Below, piece after piece: positions 50,151 through 62,720 of a DNA stretch of 64,000 bases. Origin of the DNA: Raja brachyura. Lineage: Eukaryota. The stretch covers positions 11,594,001-11,658,000 of the forward strand of contig OY740811.1 of NCBI GenBank assembly GCA_963514005.1, read 5' to 3'. Both the position numbers and the translations under genes were made by a program. How positions within the stretch are numbered: position 1 is the stretch's first letter; every line of letters begins with the position of its first letter. Under the pieces are notes generated by a model that was not told where the DNA came from, did no database searches, and saw only the letters and a list, made by a program, of their open reading frames with translations.

Positions 50151-53100
50151 CTCGCCTGCTCACTAGTTTCATGTTATCCCACTTTCACATCCACACACAC
50201 TAGGGCACAAGAAGGCATCCAAAAAAAGCAAAGATCAACAGACTGCCCTGGGGTTTCTACAAGGCCTCAGTATACAAAACACCTTCAGCCAAAGTACTTC
50301 TGATGTACTTTGCACCAACAATCTAATACATTTCCATGCAGAGATTTAAAATATTAAAACTCGGGCAATATTCCATATCAGACTATAGAATTTTAATGCA
50401 ACAGATGACCGAATATTTAACTGCATCTGAACTTCTGGGGATTTGGAACAGAAAATGTAAAATTGCAGTCAGTTTTAATTTCTGTCCCAATTTTCGGAGG
50501 TAATTTCTTTCGGCTTGTGGAATGCTCAAAGGAATCAGTTCCATGAAATCACCTCTGATTTTTATTCATTACCCTTGCATTCAATGCCAGGATTAATAAG
50601 GTTATTTAGCCCAATGCCTTTTTTCTACCATCCAACTTTATTTAGCAATTCTTTATTCTGCTTCTTGTGCTTGAACTGATTTGCAGCCATTTTACTGGCC
50701 TTTTACCACATTTATTATCATTTACCCACTGTGACAAGTTAAATCTTCAAGCCATTACATATTTGACCAAAAACATGTCCTCTTCCTTGGCACTCTTTGG
50801 GTCAACCTTTGTTACCTGCCCAAACATAACCCTGCAACTCAGCATCACATGTTTGGTCACCAAGATTCCCATTAAAACTCTTGGGACACAAAACAGACAC
50901 CAAGAGAAACAAAGTTGCTGCTGTGATATTATGAACAAATCTAAACGAGCGGACTCCTAACAGATAATAACGCATGCTGCCAAAAATAGTACTTTAACAT
51001 TTAGCAACTCAGTGGGATAGGCAGCATCTCTGGAAAGAAGGAATGGGTGATGCTTCGGGTCAAGACCCTTTTTCAGACTCCATCGATCATTGGTTTAAAC
51101 CAGCATCTGCAATTCCTTCCTACTACACCTTTAAAAAAAAAATTTTAATAACAGATACAGCGCAGAAACAGGCTCTTCGGCCCACCAGGTCTGCGCCGAC
51201 CAGGGATCCCCGCACATTAACACAATTTTCTGTGATGCAAACCCATGTCATCCGCACATGCTTGAAGAAATGAGATTTTATTTTTTTTATTTTTATAAAT
51301 TGGTTTTACTTTCCTCACACAAATTTCAAATTATTCAGAGCCAGATTACAGGCCCCAATGCAAATGCCACGATGACAAATTTCTGTCATCTGAACTACTG
51401 TAACATGCATATATTGTACACTTCTACCCCTTCAAGCATCAAAAGAAAAATGTTTCAATAGGACTGGCTGATATTGCATATATTTAAAGACAAGCTTAAT
51501 ATTGCGATTATTTGCAGATGCAAAGTAGTGAAAATTAAAGCAGAGGATTCTTAACATGACAGAATGGAGTGAGCTAGGAGGTCCATTGTGATTTAATGGT
51601 TACTTTTTTGTATCAAGCCAAGGAAATGTTCCACACAAACACAAGGCAAGATCAAGAATTCTATCCTGACATGCATCTCTATGGTCTCATTACTTCACCA
51701 GGAGACAGTTTCAACACTACAAACAGCTGTTATTTTTGTGCTACATCCAAAGATACACAGGCAAAAAACACTTTATTCTCAACAAGAGAAAACAATCCTA
51801 CTTAGTACTAAGCAAGTATATCACTTAGTAATAACATTGATCTACAGTTGAAGTGGACTTTCCCCACATCAAACCCCAGCAGCCATTCAAGTAATCTTTC
51901 TCCAAAGGGAGCACACCATGCTGTGACACCACCTGCTTTCTAGCATCTCGTACTTTGTCCGGAAGCCAAGAGCAGCCTCTCACACTCTGGCCATCTTCTG
52001 TCCATCCATCAACCTTGCGTTGGTTTTCTCACTGAGATTGGGCACCATTTAACTATCCAAAAGGTCCCGAAATATGATAATTAGCAGCTAAAGGACACAA
52101 GGGGATTATATTCACAATAAATTAGGTCACAAAAAATTGGATGCCGATGGAAGAATGAGACAAATTGTTTAATCGGACGACTGGTTACTCGCATTGCTCC
52201 AAGTCTGAAACTGATAATTGATAGAGAATCATCCCAATTGGATTACCATTACATCAGGCCACACATATTACAGGAGGACTCACTGCAGTAGACCAGACCC
52301 TCAGAGTTTTAGCAGATCTTTTACTTCCATGCCATTTTGTACCAACAATAATCCTTCAAATCCCTTACATTGTTAAATATACCCCCTACCACCCCTAGAT
52401 CACTATTGGTTAATGAATTCTAAAGGTTCGGGGTAAAAACATGTGAAAGAAAACCACTGTAGTCGTGAACAACAATCTCCATTTGACCAACACACGATTC
52501 TGGACACCAGCTGGGGGAAAACATGACAACATTCACCCCACATCAACCCTCAAAAGGAAAAGCTATGAATGGGACCAGCACATTCTTCCAAATGAAATTT
52601 AGAAAGACAATTCCATTACTCCAAGAATAAAATCCAATGCAATTTCAGCACACCTCATCACAAGGCAAAAACACAAAACTTGGAAATAATAAGATGTCTT
52701 ACTAGGGCACTAAGCAAGTTAGAGAAAGATGGCTCGACCCTCGCACACAAACTGTTCCTCACCAAAGCAGAAATGCTATTAACCTTCCCAATAGCTGGGA
52801 ATATCTGAGTGTTCACTTTGTGGCTCATGTCCAAGAACACCCAGATCTTTCCAAACATCACCTTACAAATATGCCATTTTTCAATAACATTTCTATCAAA
52901 TTGGACAAATTTGCTTTTCCACATTATATTCCATTTTACATCCGCATCAGTATAGCTTTCCTCATCTTGATCTCATTCTGAAGGACCTGATAGACGTGCT
53001 GTCTGTCCATTCACTGCACGGATGTTGACAAGCTCACTGGGTTACTCTCACACTGCTTTTTGCTCGGGATTCTGGCATCTGCAGTTTCTTGCACCTCCAA

Positions 53101-53309
53101 AGCTTTTCTACTTCCTCCTCACAGCCCTCATTGCAATCCAGCAACTATTCAGAAATTATGAACAGCACACTTAATTCACCTCTTCCATATCAATAAGGAC
53201 TACACACATGGAGCTGCTGCTCGGGTTAGTTTCGCTCTGGTCTTCATCCCACTTCTACAATTTACATCTCACTCAAACTAATCTTAATTTACTAATCCCT
53301 TTACCACAC

Positions 53310-53520
53310 TCATCTTGCACAACTACCACTTCTGGTATTTTGTTGGTTCACATGTTTGATCAATGGTGTTTTATAATTAATGTTTTATTATTATTATTAA
53401 TGTTTAGTGTTTTCTGAGTCATTCGTAACTGTCACTGTATGTCATGTTGTTGCCTGTGGGTGGAGCACCAAGGCAAATTCCTTGTATGTGAATACTTGGC
53501 CAATAAACTTACTTACTTAT
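53310..53520 (+). mobile_element. LINE 3'UTR remnant with (TTAC)n tail
   Basis: caaattccttgtatgtgaatacttggccaataaacttacttactta. Confidence 0.6.
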
Positions 53521-54222
53521 CTGTTGTGCCCTGTATTTTAATCCCTTCCCTCTGTACTTTAAATGCAGTTTTACTCCAACTTGTTCCAGTTTTGGTTATC
53601 AACACAAAATGTTCCCCATTTCTTTTGAGAAGTTGGCAGAACCAAGCAGTTCCCACTGCTGTCTTTATAATTCCAGCATTGAATGAATGGTAACCTGTAA
53701 TCTTTCCCAACACTTAGTAAGAAAAATAGCTGCTAGATTGTTTTAGAATCTTATAATGACCTACAGCAAACATTACAAATCAGAATAGATGGGATGATTC
53801 CAGGCACACTGATCAAAAAGTCAGGGAGGAAGGTACACGTTCCAAACATTATTTCCTTGTTGCCAGGGTCACTGACGAAAACACCATCGAGAACACTGCA
53901 CACCCGACAATGCAAGCACAAGTCAATATTCTTTACTCGAGATTAATGCTCGAGACCAGGGTAAAGCAGAATCACTCCTCCCAAGGCTGCTACTCACCAT
54001 ACAGTGGAACAGTGAACTACACAAATCCAAAAGAAAATGCACAGTCAGCACAGCTTCCATTCAGAAACATGCTACCACGAGTTTCATGCAGTAATAAAGA
54101 ATTGCCATTGAGCATCTCTAAAATAACCAAACATCAAATGTTTCATGTCCCAATTATGTATTGATGCAATTAGTACTGCAATATTTGTAGGAAGAAAGGT
54201 TAACCAAATGTCAGTATTTAAC

Positions 54223-54410
54223 GTAGACAAAAGTGCTGGAGGAACTCAGTGGGTGCAGCAGCATCTATGGAGCGAAGGAAATAGGCAACGTTTCGGGGAG
54301 AAACACTAAGGTTTAATTCGCTCCATAAATGCTGCTGCACCCGCTGAGTTCCTCCAGCACTTTTGTCTACCTTCGATTTTCCAGCATCTGCAGTTCCTTC
54401 TTAAACACTT
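54223..54410 (+). mobile_element. Penelope-derived hairpin element with 14-bp TSD
   Basis: TSD tgtcagtatttaac at 54209-54222 and 54411-54424; arms gtagacaaaagtgctggaggaactcag / ctgagttcctccagcacttttgtctac. Confidence 0.9.
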
Positions 54411-54567
54411 TGTCAGTATTTAACCTTCTCCAGCAAAAAGCTACACCACTACAACCTTACAATAAAAATAATGACTAAAAAAAAAAAAACACTTCCAGTT
54501 CATGAACACAAATAATGATCAATGTTCCTGCCCTGCATTGCACCAGTCCATAGTTCATTGAGAGCAA

Positions 54568-54851
54568 TAGAAAATAGGTGCAGGAGTAGGTCATTCGGCC
54601 CTTCGAGCTTACACCGCCATTCAATATGATCATGGCTGATCATCCAACTCGGTATCCTGTACCTACCCTCTCTCCATACCCCCTGATCCCTTCAGCCACC
54701 AGGGCCACATCTAACTCCCTCTTAAAGAGAGCCAATGAACTGGCCTCAACTACCTTCTGTGGCAGAGAATTCCACAGATTCACCACTGTGAGAAAAATGT
54801 TTTTCTCATCTCGGTCCTAAAAGACTTTCCCCTTATCCTTAAGCTGTGACC
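54568..54851 (-). mobile_element. CR1 LINE 3' end
   Basis: Close reverse complement of 13100-13395. Confidence 0.92.
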
Positions 54852-55265
54852 CAAGTAGCCTGGCCAGGCTTTTGCCAGAGACCCCAATTAAGGCAGTTGC
54901 AATGGACACCACCACCACCCATCCCAAAATGCCAAGCCACCAAGACCGAGGCTCTCAAAACCTCTCGTGGAAAGCACAACATTCCACTAATTCATAGGAA
55001 TTTGACTCGCTTCTCAAAATGGTGTCGAGACTGGCACTAGTCCAGTTTAAATACCGCCAGCTCCCAAATTACTCATCCGCCCAACCAGAATGTCCCATTG
55101 TTATCTTAGCTCAGAACTCAAGAATTAGTGGAAGCCCTCACTGGGACTGCCTGCGAGTTCCCCAAGAGGTGGATCAGGCATTCAAATATTTGTCACTGGT
55201 TTAAATAATAATTTCCCCCAAATGTAACCTCATGTCATTTAATTTAAAAATAAAATCCCAAGTCT

Positions 55266-55729
55266 CGACTGGCTCCCTGTGCGGTTCCGAATAAATTTCA
55301 AGATCCTCCTTTATGTCTACAAAGCCCTTAATGGGCTTGCCCCCACCTACATCAAAAGTCTGCTTACCCACCACACCACCTCCAGGTCCCTCAGATCGGC
55401 CGACTTGGGGTCACTGAACATCCCGCGGTCCAGGCATAAGCTCAGGGGCGACCGGGCCTTTGCGATTGCAGCTCCTAGACTGTGGAACAGCATCCCTCTT
55501 CCCATAAGAACTGCCCCCTCTATCGACTCCTTTAAGTCGAGACTTAAAACTCATCTCTACTCCCAAGCCTTTCTTGACGTCCTCTGAGCAAGGGCTATAT
55601 GTATGTAGTGATGTTTGTATTTAATCTATGAACCACTGTTGTATAACTTTAATACCTCCACCAATGTAAAGCACTTTGGCCAACAAGAGCTGTTTTTTAA
55701 ATGTGCTATATAAATAAAAGTGACTTGAC
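55266..55729 (+). mobile_element. L2-clade LINE 3' end
   Basis: WLPVRFRINFKILLYVYKALNGLAPTYI...RSLRS...GDRAFAIAAPRLWNSIP...FKSRLKTHLY; 3'UTR tgtaaagcactttg...tgctatataaataaa. Confidence 0.92.
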
Positions 55730-57998
55730 AAGTCTTAATACCAGGCTGCTCTGACAGACGAACAAATATGTTAGCCTCAAAACGGTCACACAGGACCAGA
55801 CACTTAACAGCTGCGAACTGTTTTAAACAAGTTTAGGGAAATGATAGATCAGCTTGCTTTTACTGTTGGCATGGGTATTTTCCAGATTAACTAAGATGAT
55901 TTCAGTCATGCCCTCAAAACAAGTCGTAGCTACAATAACATATATGCTGCAGAGAAGGAATTTCTGGTGAAGGAATTATTATTCTGGAAGAATTACTCCC
56001 ACTTAGTATGGCACTAAAGAACATGGACAGATGTGTTGCGCCTCCAACATGCTGGCTCAGTCTCACGGAGGCTGTGCACTAGAAAGATTCTCACTATGTC
56101 ATCTACATGTGCAGTCTTGGGCCGTTAACTGTAACAATTGACAATGCTCAGCGATTTGAGATGGAGAGAATTTAAAAAGAAACATGTGCCAATCCTTGAC
56201 CATCACAGGCCACAGAACTACCCAAAAGTAATTACAGAAAAAAGCTGTCAAGACACAATTTCAAATTTGGGTAAAACAAAAACATACAAAGGGCTGGAGT
56301 AACTCAGCAGGTCAGACAGCTTCCACAGAGATCATGGAAAAGGTGACTTTTGGGTCAGGACGTTTCATCAGACTCAGCTTCTGAATAGCAACTATTGTGG
56401 GGTGGGGGGGGGGGGGGGGGGGAGAGAAGAAGATATAATAGATGTGGCAACTCAAGAACAAGGCAAGTCTATCCCTTTATTGTTCATTGCCAGTACCTAT
56501 GTCAATTATACACTGGACTCCAGAAGAGATTGAAGGTGCGCACGCCACGAGAGTGCTGCCACAAGTTGTTCAAAATAGTCCATCCACCCAGCAAGCCAGA
56601 TTACTTTTAAATACTCAGTTTGCCCAGTGGGTTCACTCCAACTTGGGTCAAGCTTTGTAGCACCTTTGTATTCTAGACCAGTTATGCCCCATACCCCAAC
56701 CAACCATTCTAGGTGGTGAGAGCAGGTATTGAGGGGGGTGGTGTTGGGACACCAGAACCAACCGTTGATCCTTCCTGAGATGTTGTGGGCCCAACTCAAC
56801 AAAACGCCAGTGCAGGGAGGTGCCCAACAGAGAACCCCAATAATATAATGGCATATTATAAAACTATTTCGTTGTTTTGATAGACGTGTATAAAATTGTT
56901 TTATAGTTTAACTGCATTTTTAAAGGCATTTTAAATTCTCATGTAGCATTGGGATTGGGTTGCCTGGTTTGTGTGTTTGTTCACATGTATATAGTTTATT
57001 AGTGAATACGAGGTCAGTTATTGTCCTACAGCACAAGTGTGTAGGTTGGATACTCTGTTGGCATTGCCTTGGTTTTCTTAGTTGAGCGCTTATCCTGGTG
57101 TTGGAGCACACGCCTTGTGTTTTAACAGTAATACCCACCTACATTTACAATTGCCATGATCAGCCCTGCTTCCTTGACAAACTCACCTCTTGTCTTTCAG
57201 ACACTAAAATCTTTTTTAGCCCATTTTTGTGCTCAAACGTATATGCAACTTCTTTGGATGAATTTCACAAGAAGAAGAAAATAAGCCATTGCTGCTGTTC
57301 GGGGTGTCCAGCAAAGATCTGTAATAGTTCTGACGTGGATTATGGCAGACACTAGCCTACTGCCCGCATTAATGCGGCTGCAACCTAGTGTGAACTTCAG
57401 GCCCTGGGGCATTTCGTGTTTACAGAAGACTTCTGGGACACGGTCCAGGAATCCATTAACAGTGGGGGGGCAGTGGAATGAACACTGTGGCATTTCTTGA
57501 AAGTGACAAAGCCATTTGATACAAAGGCCATTTTTCCTTTGATATATTCCTTTGCCCCCCCCCGCAATCAATACGACACCTGGTGTTTGGCCATCAACTG
57601 CATGCTTGCACTTCAAAATTGACAACCAAAGCCTCGCCTGTTGCATTGTTACAGAACAGATCACGCGTCTCCAGCCTTTTGTGTACACACGTTTCCATCA
57701 TTGTGATGCAAACTGTGCACAAGAGTGAATTGAAGAAGATTCATCGTCTACACCCAGAGGTGGGATTACAGCAGACTGCATCAATCGGTTTCACAGTTTT
57801 TCCAGTAGAGAAAATCCCCTCGGTCTCCTTAGTCAAGATGACAGAGGATTCAAACTCCAATAAAACGGCAACTGAAATGTATCAGGAAACAGATTCATCC
57901 GAAGCAAAAAAAAGTTTAATACAAATTCAGAATTATTTAGATTATGCACCAAGGATAATTTCAAGAGGATTGAACAAGCAATAAACACATTTTAGCGG

Positions 57999-58183
57999 CG
58001 GTAGACAAAAGTGCTGGAGAAACTCAGCGGGTGAGGCAGCATCTATGGAGCAAAGGAAATGGGCAACATTTCAGGTTGAGACCCTTTTTCAGACTGTTCA
58101 TTGAAAGCTGCCTCACCCGCTGAGTTTCTCCAGCACTTTTGTCTACCTTTAATTTTCCAGCATCTGCAGTTCCTTCTTAAACA
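57999..58183 (+). mobile_element. Penelope-derived hairpin element
   Basis: Arms ggtagacaaaagtgctggagaaactcagcgggtgaggcagc / gctgcctcacccgctgagtttctccagcacttttgtctacc plus tail. Confidence 0.88.
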
Positions 58184-59254
58184 ATACATTTTAACTGCTG
58201 ATGGTTGAAACCAGATTTTTCTGACTGTAGAGCAGGAATCTTACCCAAGGACAGGTGCAAGACTTAACAGGTAGATACTGGAAGATGATTATTCAAAGGG
58301 GAACTGGAGAAAAAGTTGGTCTGTGTGAGACGAACTAGAAGGAATTTTGTCCCATCTAATTGTGAATCTTTGGATTACACACATCTAACCATCTTTAAAA
58401 TGTACTCAATCTGGCGATGGATCTGAACTTAGGTAAACAGGCAAGAACATTGAATGAAGACAGTGGATGTCAACCATGTCACTGACTGAAGACCATACCA
58501 TAGGAGACCCCATTTATTTTACTACACAAGTAACACCGAATCACAGCCAGAAACCCAACCTTTGGTTTGCACAACTGACCATTGATGCTTGCAATCCTAA
58601 GACCAACAAAGAAGAGTCTCGATCCAAAAATGTTGCCCATCCCTTCCCTCCAGAGATGCTGCCTGTGCCGCTGAGTCTCTACTAATGGACAATTTTTGCA
58701 TATTAACTGTGAAAGTATTCCATCAGAGTATTAACAATGCAGCACTGTATCCAAATGTCTAACTGATAACAGCCCTCGGGGATTGATGTTGCCAGCACGT
58801 GCATGCAACATGAACACTCATCACCATTTAAATGTCCCCGTCAACCCTGGAGGTGGAACTTCCCTCAAGCAGAGAACTCAAACAGCCAATACCCAGATAC
58901 CCCTCAGGCGGGCCATAAACCACAGCAACAGAAGACTCATTGTTGACCTTCATGTGATGACTCAGAAGATCCTGGGCCTCAAGGTAGTGTATCAGGCACG
59001 TCATCACTTACTGGTTCTACACAAATACAACCTGGACAACATACACAACTTATTTATTATTATTATTTTTTAAGTACATTAAAAAAATGATTCTATACAA
59101 TTAAAGTTCTCAAGCCATGCTAGTAAATATTTTTCCATCTTCCTATCATGGGCTTTAATTTCTTTGTTGCCCACTTTTAAAATGAATATCCACAGCACTT
59201 CACAGGCAATTCATTCCAATGATTAGTTATCAATAATGCATGATCATTCCTATC

Positions 59255-59790
59255 CATGCTTACTCTCTCTGACTACCTCTCAATTCACGCCTACCATCGG
59301 GAAGAAGGTACAGGAGTCCGAAAACTGACCACCAGGTTCAAGAATAGCTCCTTTCCAACAACCATCAGGATCTGTGTAGGGAGGAACTGCAGACGCCAGT
59401 TTACACTGAAGATAACACAAAATGATGGAGTAACTCAGCAGGACAGGCAGCATCACTGGCGAGAAGGAAAGGGTGACATTTCAGGTCGAGACCCTTCTTC
59501 AAAGAAGGGTTCCGACCCGAAATGTCACCCTTTGCTTCTCTCCAGAGATGCTGCCCGTCCTGTTGAGTTACTCCAGCATCATTTCTCTAACCAGCAGGAT
59601 CTTGAACACTAGCCACAACTATTGACTCTCGCCAATTGCACAAATGATTTTTTTTCGGTTCTGGTATTCTGCTTATTAATGTAACAAAAACAAGAAATAA
59701 ATTATCTGTGTGCATTGAGTCTACAGGCCAGCAAAACTTATGCAAGAATGTAATCGTCATCAGTACATCCGAAAATTAAACACTTAACAG
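59255..59790 (+). mobile_element. Rex1/Babar 3' end interrupted by a Penelope hairpin (59374-59588)
   Basis: ctaccatcgggaagaaggtacaggag...accaccaggttcaagaatagc; the insertion is flanked by aaccatcaggatct / aaccagcaggatct. Confidence 0.75.
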
Positions 59791-60234
59791 CTTGGAAATG
59801 ATGTTATGTGGACAGAGTCACCAACAGCCAGCCTCTTATTTAAAAATGTATATTGAAGAGACCATCTTTGTTATTGCATTTGTTCAATACGGTACTCCAA
59901 TTTCTGTAAGCATGACACCACAAATCCGAACCAACTTAATCATCCAAAATTTAGAATATCAACCCAGCACATCCCACACAAGAACTACGAATCCCAATCA
60001 AAAGTAGGACAGAAAACACCTGAAATCTAACGCCACCACAACTTGGCAGAGCAAAACATGAAGGGTTGTTCAAAGTTGAACAATTCATGTACAATTGATA
60101 GCTGGTGTACAATTCGTAGCCAGAAACCCAGCCTGGCTGCAGAATGGGGCCACAGCATCCTACCCCAAACCAGCTCAGGTGATGTCTGCGAGTCGCACTT
60201 GCTCTATGATTATGCATTAGACTAGTGCACAGAT

Positions 60235-60808
60235 GGAGCAGCAGTAGATGTGTTGCCTTAAACCCCTGTCCCACAGTACGAGTTCATTTCAAGAGCTCTC
60301 CCGAGTTTGCCCTGATCTGAACTCGGAGATTTGCAATAATGGCCACTCGTCGGTACTCGGGGCTCTCATGGACATGTTGCAACATGTTGAAAAATCTTCA
60401 CACGTCTTCCCGTGCTTACCTGCCATTAGCGAGTCTTCCCTAGTACCAACGTACCCGCTACGTTCATTCTCCGTGCTTACAACGAGTTTGATTTTTTTTT
60501 AAATAATTCTGGAGAGCTCTTGGAATGAACTGGTACAGTGGGACAGGGCTATTACAGCGTCAGAGAGCTGGGTTCAATCTGGACTATGGGTGCTGTCTGT
60601 GTGGAGATTGTATGTTCTCAGTGACCACATAGGTTTTCTCCCAGTGCTCCGGTTTCATCCCACATGGCAAAGCGTGCAGGTTTGTAAATAGCTCCTGTAA
60701 ATTATTCCTAGTGTATGGTATAGAGCTAGTGTATGGGTGATTGCTGGTCGGTGCGGACTCAGTGGGACGAAGAGGCAGTTTCCACGCTGTATCTCCAAAA
60801 CTAAAACT
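60235..60808 (+). mobile_element. V-SINE split by the MITE
   Basis: The head resumes at ttacagcgtcagagagctgggttcaatc, followed by the V domain and aaactaaaact tail. Confidence 0.8.
60261..60551. mobile_element. PIF/Harbinger-type MITE, third subfamily, inserted in a V-SINE head
   Basis: TIRs aacccctgtcccacagtac / gtacagtgggacagggcta. The SINE sequence gcc-TTA-cagcg is split with TTA duplicated. Confidence 0.88.
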
Positions 60809-61289
60809 GGTAAGGATATCCAGAACCTGCTGCTCTCAAAATTAATCAAAAGGTTTTTGAGAAGAGCAAACCAAAGGTGAACCTTGCCTCTGGGAGAAAT
60901 GGGTTCCTCATGAATGTAGCACCTCACGACAGGCAGCGCAACAGGTTTAACATAACACAAACTGAATCCCCAGCAACGAACAGAATGACGTGCGACCTGA
61001 TGACAATGGGTTGGCAGAAATGCAGAGTCACACTGTTATCAAAATGCACCCTTAAATAGCACGACCAATTAGCATTGGGACATTTAATATAATGAATTGT
61101 GCTGCCTCATAGAATGTCCATGGCTCATATGGCCCATTAAATATAGACTCAGAAACTTTGAACAAAATGCTGGTGCCAGTCGCACAAATCTGCTCATTCC
61201 AAGTAATGCTGCCATTACAAGTACAACCGATCTAATGCTCACAGCAGGATATGCATTCAACCACAGAACCACCAACATTACGTTAGAAC

Positions 61290-61745
61290 ATTAACAGTAT
61301 AGAACAGGAACAGGCCCTTCAGCCCACAATCAAGTTTGTGCCAAACATGATGCCCAGTTAAATTGAACTAATCTGCCTGAACAGGATTCATTTCCCTCTA
61401 TTCCCTGCATATCCATGTGCCTATCCAATAGCCTCTGAAATGACACTATTATACCTGCCTCCACCACCACTCGTGGCAATGTGTTCCAAGTGCCCACTCC
61501 TCTGCAAGAAAACTTCACGCACACATCTCCATTAGACATTCCCTGTGAAAATATGTACAAATCCAGAATCAACAAATGTACCCGCTGGGTAGGTAAAATT
61601 GACCCCAGGTTGGGATCCCTTGCCTTAAACCAATGTTCCTTCGCATTGGAAACTTCCACCCTGGGGAAAGACGTTCCGACAGTCTACCCTACCCATGCCA
61701 CTCATACGTTTCTACAGGTCTATCAAAACTCTCCTCAAACTTGAA
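61290..61745 (-). mobile_element. CR1 LINE 3' fragment
   Basis: GVGTWNTLPRVVVEAGIIVSFQRLLDRHMDMQGIEG plus 3'UTR. Confidence 0.8.
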
Positions 61746-61807
61746 TATTCCATGATGCTGGCAGAACCACCAACAGCCAATCCTTTGCATTTAAAATAAA
61801 ACAAAGA

Positions 61808-62065
61808 GGGCAGCACAGTGGCACAGCTGGTCGAGCTACTTCAACACGAGACCCATGGTTCTATTCTGACCTCCAGCGCTGTCTTTGTGGAGTTTGCACT
61901 TTCTCCGTGTCCATCTGGGTTTCCTTCACGTGCTCCAGTTTCTTCCCACATCCCAGAGTATGGAGCAGATAAGAAAGTGGAACATGGAGCTAATGTGAAT
62001 GAGTTATCAATGGTCAATATGGACATGATGAAACAAAACAGCCTGTTTACACACTCTTTCTAAAG
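61808..62065 (+). mobile_element. Old V-SINE
   Basis: ggcagcacagtggcacagctgg...gtggagtttgcactttctccgtgtccatctgggtttcc. Confidence 0.75.
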
Positions 62066-62354
62066 TTAAAACCACCAACATATGTTGTCAGAACCAAAGG
62101 CCAGACAGTCGCTTTTCAAATAAAACTGAAAGAACCGCATGAAGTCACATTTACATTACATCCCAAAGCTATTTTTGGGCACTTCAAATATCCAGCACAG
62201 CTTCATTTCAAAAGATCTTTGACAAAGTCAAGACATTAACTCTGCTCCTCTTTACAAAGATGCAGTCCAACTAGCTAAACCTTTCCAGCATTTCCCATGA
62301 TAACAGGAATCTTTTCTGCCTAAACAATGTTTCACCTGTATCCAATTATCAATT

Positions 62355-62720
62355 AAGATAGACACGAAATGCTGGAGTAACTCAGTGGGTCAGGCAGGTG
62401 ATATTTCAGGTCTGGACCCATCTCCAGAGATGCTGCCTAACCATCTAGGTTACTCCAGCACTTTGTTTGTATGCTATTGCTGGAAGAAACCAGCATCTGC
62501 AGCTCTTCATTTCTCCATCTATCACATTCCAGGCTTTGTCCCAATCCTACTTTGCTTTCCCAGCTTTCTCTCCACCTCCCTCCCCACTATAATTAGTCTG
62601 AAGAAAAGACTCAACCGAAAACACCCCCCACCCCCATTTCAGATGCTCCCTGACCCATCAAGTTCCTCCAACACTGTGCATTGCTCAATATTCCAGCATC
62701 TCCAGTTTCTCGTGTCTCTA
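62355..62720 (+). mobile_element. Degenerate Penelope-derived hairpin/pLTR fragments
   Basis: atagacacgaaatgctggagtaactcagtgg...ttactccagcac and agtctgaagaaaagactcaaccgaaa. Confidence 0.7.

Noticed and set aside
57233-57688. 151-aa ORF with an AVDG motif reminiscent of a Harbinger transposase
   Set aside because: No other DDE motifs or TIRs are found; the similarity is too short to support.
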